Positions 59,221-64,000 of a DNA stretch of 64,000 bases are shown piece by piece (within the stretch, counting starts at the first letter, position 1; every line of letters begins with the position of its first letter). Both the position numbers and the translations under genes were made by a program. Origin of the DNA: Lepidodermella squamata (taxonomy: Eukaryota; Animalia; Gastrotricha); NCBI GenBank assembly GCA_047495785.1, contig JBLDXI010000054.1, positions 1,860,001 to 1,924,000 of the forward strand, given 5' to 3'. Under the pieces are notes generated by a model. That model saw nothing but the letters and a program-made list of their open reading frames with translations, was not told the origin of the DNA and ran no database searches.

Positions 59221-61635
59221 TCATGCTTTTCGTGGCACTGATTTGTTGGTCGAGGCAGCTTCAACAAGAATGCGTTTCGCTACCGCTCCGTCGAGACTGA
59301 TGAAACTTTCGGAGCGAACGACGTCGACGAGATTGGCCAGAATGAAAGACAAGCAAGCGGCAGGGAGGGAGCCCTCGCGATCCAAGTTTGGCCTTTTAAG
59401 GGCAGAAGCGTAGATCAAAGATGCGTTCTCAATTGTGAGGCAGTTACTCACGATATGATCGCAACTTCAAACATGCAAAATTTTTGAAATAAAAATTAAT
59501 TTTTTATTATTTAATAGATTCAATGGAACTTACACAAGCTTGCGAAGAAGAAGCTCTCCGCACAATTCAGCCATCTCGCACAGACTGATCAAGTCATCGC
59601 AATCCAATTCGATTTGCTTATCAATCCCAAGAAACTCGTTTGTATACAAAAATCGAAGAAATGACCGCACAACAGCGTAAGGAATGTGATCGATAGCTAT
59701 AAGGACAGCTCGGCCTTGATGCCAACCTTTGGCGCCGAAAACCTGAAGAAAACGCGGCGATCTCAGATCCAACAGCTGCTTATGCGCGTAGATCGGCGCA
59801 TATCCGGGTACAATGATTTGCATGTCAGAGTGCTCGGGGTTGTCGAAAGCCTCCAGTAGACACCTTGCCAGGGTTGGGTAAGGAACCGGCACGAACGAAT
59901 TCGCAGGGGTGTACGGCAGCCTTCCGTAACTCTGAAGTGCCTCTGTAACTGATCGGCACCTCGTCCAAGTCGGGCGAGATGTGCAAGCTGTAAATCCTGA
60001 TACAGCTAGGTCTCCCCATACAAAAATGTCCCCGGTAACTGCTTCGGCGATACTGAGGTCTAAATGAGGATGGGAGGATACAGCTTTGATCTTTTTCATC
60101 GGCGTTACAGGGGATTCATCGAAAAACGAGATTCGGGTCGGAGTGATGATAGGAGAATTTGGCATTGACATCATTGCAGAATCCCGAGAGCCCAGACAGG
60201 GTGAATTAGGAGAAGAAAGATTCTTAAAAAAAATGATTCAAAATAAATTACAAAAATAGTTGGGTCTTTTACGGATGAAGCTTGGCCTATGCCTAGTTGG
60301 CCAGAATCATTCGATCCCCAGGCGTAGACAGCAAATGAGTTCGAAACAGCCAAGCAATGCGATCGACCACTTGCGATATGCATAATCTTAACGTCTCTTA
60401 TCGCATCATTGGTCAACATGCGGCAATTTATCATCCCTTCGTCGCTTGTCAACTCGATGACTTTGTTGTAAGAGGCGTTGAGGTGATGCTCGTTGAACGG
60501 CCATTCATAGACGCGTCCATCTTCATCCAAACCGACTATTACATCCTGATAGCTCGCGATTTCAACAAAGGGAGATCGGCGTCTAGCGATGCAGCCGAAT
60601 AGGGTGAGTTTTGAGGTGGAGGTTGGTACCACGGCGTAGTTTCCATTCGATTGGTCGTTCGCCTGTTTACGGTTCCCAACGGGTGAGCCGGTTCTAGAAA
60701 GCGTGGGCTGCTCAAGAATCAAGCAGGGGATGAAAATGAGGACAATTTATTATCGAGCTTAGAGGGAAACAATGCAAAATAGGAGCGTAAAAGCAAGGAT
60801 AGGTTTTTAGAATAAAGGTTTTAATCTCAGGTCGAAACGCTTACTTGTGCCTGAAATTTCATAATAAACTAAAAATAATAAATTTTGCTGGTTTCACGTT
60901 TTCTTAGACGCTTTTAATTTGAGTATTCAAATATGAGTAACCTACCAGTTTGCTTAGTAGGCCAGCGGACTGAGAACAGATGCTCCAAGCAAAGACTTCG
61001 CCGTAGCTCGTGAGGCAAGCCGCGTGATTCAGGCCGCATGTTATTTGAATTACTTTCTTGTCCTGAAGTAAAGGATGCGCAGAAACGAGAGTGCAAGTTT
61101 GATGCGCAAATAGGCAGGACGATCGCCGTTTGGCAGCTGAGGACGAGGGAAGTGTTCCATTGGGTGACATGGATTCATCCGATCCCGCAGGATCTCCAAA
61201 ACTAAACAGCTCACCCCCTGAAATTAGCAAAGTTTGAAAAATCCGAAAAAATAGCGAAAATGTATCACACTCAGATGAGAATGAGGATTTTCAAAATTTA
61301 TTATTCTGACCTTGAGTTCGAAGGAGAACATATCGATTGTTAGCAGGACTAGTCGAATGCGCTAGCTCGCAAATGCCCTTCCCACAAAGCACATCGATAC
61401 GGCTGACGTAGCAATTCGCGGTGTTAATTGTCGAAGATGTCCCAGGTTGGAAGTTGTATATAACCGATTGCGACATGGTCGAATCGCTGTTGAACCCAGT
61501 CAACGCGTAGACATCATCGTCTCGACTGACCAGTAGCATTTGATTGGCATCATGGCCGTAAATGCACAGCGTTGATGCCTTGCATCGAAGATCACTGGGC
61601 AACTTTAGCAACAATTCGTCGACAAAAGTCGCCAT
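59221..61635 (-). CDS. RCBTB: RCC1 and BTB domain-containing protein (RCBTB1/2-like), multi-exon
   Basis: RCC1 repeats (QITCGLNHAACLTSYGEVFAW; IASGRSHCLAV..VYAWGSNDSGQLG), BTB (AFDNPEHSDM..IYAHKQLL..RS..F..FLRFLYT) and BACK-like tail LTIENA. Confidence 0.88.
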
Positions 61636-64000
61636 AATGCAAAGAGTAAAAATCTAAAGAAAATGCGATAAAATGAAGGAAGTGTAAAAAATTAGCTAGA
61701 CGCAGTAGGAAACGGAACTTCTTTTTTTTTGATTGAAGGGTGGTAAAAAAATTATTCTCTAAAGAGAGTCAAGGCACCCGTCTTGCGCAGCACGGCAATT
61801 ACTTGTAGCTATTAGCTTGTAACTTTCGGCCTGCCTTTAATCTAAATTTTTAAACGACAAAAAAGCGCGTTAATTTTTCACACTTGTGCGTGCGAGCGAT
61901 TGTTATTTACTTAGAGGTGCGAAAATTTTGTGCGCCCTGTGTTTTTTCTACTTTACGGCTGCCGTAATAATTATACGCGCACCGCCTATTCACGATGTGG
62001 CGAAACAATATTTTTGTACATTTCTCTATTGCGGCTCAAATTTTTTCAACTTATCGCCCTTGATGTAATAAATACTAAGTAAATAGTGGGATTTTATTCA
62101 TCATGTGCTGTAGATGATGGTTTTGCGTGGCAGGTTAAAGCAAGAATATATATTGTTGTTTATTCAATTCGAATAAACAAAAATAGCATTTGCTTTGTCG
62201 AATTTGAGCCGGATAATATGCTATTCTCGGCTGAAAGATGAATCTATAAATTGAACTGAAACACCCAAATTTAAAATTTGACACGGAAAGCAGCCTTTGG
62301 CAAAATAGGGAATGGACTCGAAATTGTGACAGCGAACTGGTCACTTGTCAAAAGTAATATCAACCGGTCATGTGGCATTTAAGAAAAAGCAATAAATACT
62401 CGATAAAGTAGCTCAATGAATTGGATATAGAAATTAGGCCGCAATATTTTTCAACAACGCCGCGTCCCTCCCGGCGTATTTCTATCAATTTTTTGTTAAT
62501 GCGAAAAAATAACAGCCGCGAGGTCGTAGCATCAATGTCGGTGCTATGTGCATAAATTTTATAGTTTAACTACTGAAAAAATGTAATACATTTTTATGAA
62601 GCCAGGGGGATTTTATCAGCGGTCAGCAAGCGATTATAAGTTTGCCAATTTTTAGACTACGAGAGCCACTTAACGGCGCCGAGCTAGAGGCGGCCGAATC
62701 GAATTTTCATCGATATATTCTTTTTATTTACAAATTACATCGCGGCTTGTTTTGTTGCGTATAGTCGGTAGCTAAAGCAGCAGTACATTGCATATATACT
62801 GACCCGTCTCTTAGAAGCCGCGGCCTATTTAGAGCGTAGCCAGACACCACAATTTGACTTGATTACTTCCGCTTTCTTAGGATTATGATAAACAAAAACA
62901 AAATGCACAGCCAAGTATGTATAGACATCGTGCTTTTCTTTTACGTTATTAAACATTGGGCCAATTACTCTGGCAGTGATTTCGATATCGATTGAGGCTA
63001 ACAATTGTAAAACAATGTTGCACAGCGGTAAATAATAGTGGAATGAAGACGTAGGTAAACGCTATGCTAATGGAGAATGTTGATAAATAGCCCATTCATC
63101 GCGTATGCTATTGTCCTTGCCAAATAATCGCATTAAAACGCTAAGCATCAGGTTTTTTGTACATGGCAACTAGCGAATCGTTTTCTTGCAAAAAATACGG
63201 GACGGCACGAGTTACGAACCAATTTGGAAAAATAATCCCCTATTGATGAAAAAAACAGAGTACTCAGCAGCCACTGGACTGATCAGAAGGCTATTCACCA
63301 ACTCAGGCCCCAGCTTAAAACTGACATTACAAGAAATATGGATTCCTATACCTCGCTGTTATAACAATACAATGTGGATATCGTCATATCTCTCATTTAA
63401 GAACAAAAAATTTTCAGATTTTTTCCTCTTGAATTTTTTAACTGTGGTTAAATTTGGGCAATCCTTCTTGCGCTCAGATAGGAAAGATTAGAAATACTTG
63501 CTAGCATCGAAAAAATTGAATCGAATCGGAATGAAGTCACAAGTTGCGTGGCACAATTTTCGTGACATGTAATAATTCCAAACATTTTTCCAGTCATCGA
63601 AAATCGCACCCCAATGGGCTGGAATCTTCCTGATTATATCCGGAAAGTAAGGAAATTAAGCTATTACGCCATCGTGAAATGGTGAACACACCGTTTGCGC
63701 CGCAACTCAATCGCAGCTACTGTAGAGAAACAGTCACCTTTACTAAATAGGAATATCATCGGTATAAATTAGACGTCAAGGTGTGGAAGCAGAATGCAGA
63801 ATATCGGCATCAGTCAGCAATACATAGCATAGGTATCAATCTTTTTATAACCACTGCGTGTGAATAAATGGAAGTATAGAGGTGGGATAATAGAAGCTAC
63901 TACTGCTACCCTATCGAATATTTACAATACCATCAACGCGATTCAACGAAACATAGGATTCAGAGAAAGCGACGCGATATATCTTTGCAATCATTTTCTC

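Noticed and set aside
61700-64000. Short ORFs in the last 2.3 kb
   Set aside because: AT-rich, with non-ATG starts and no motifs. Treated as intergenic.

Overview
Gene-dense eukaryotic DNA from a non-vertebrate animal. Introns are mostly short GT-AG (about 45-65 nt), and the genes are metazoan types: TRPN, Cys-loop channels, GPCRs, C-type lectin, PAN and kringle proteins. The exact taxon cannot be fixed from the sequence. About 20 genes can be modelled. Receptors and channels: a divergent class A GPCR, two GABA-B-like class C GPCRs, three divergent Cys-loop channels, a full-length TRPN/NOMPC channel and a C-type-lectin receptor tyrosine pseudokinase. Two of the Cys-loop channels carry N-terminal LamG/lectin-like domains on Ser/Thr mucin stalks, and one of these sits head-to-head with TRPN. 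Other genes: a 312-aa multicopy peptide precursor (29 KR-flanked GEENYQEA-type peptides), a stand-alone Schlafen/AlbA_2-like gene, an internally duplicated orphan protein, several secreted EGF/CTL/PAN/kringle mosaics and an RCBTB gene. There are also several MITE-like foldback elements, decayed local gene duplicates, frameshifts at short tandem duplications, and a recurrent candidate promoter motif (AAAATAAAAWATCCAYCTTAAAA). The most novel-looking systems are the lectin-tethered Cys-loop channels and the acidic octapeptide precursor. Gene models were spliced by eye and no database searches were run.
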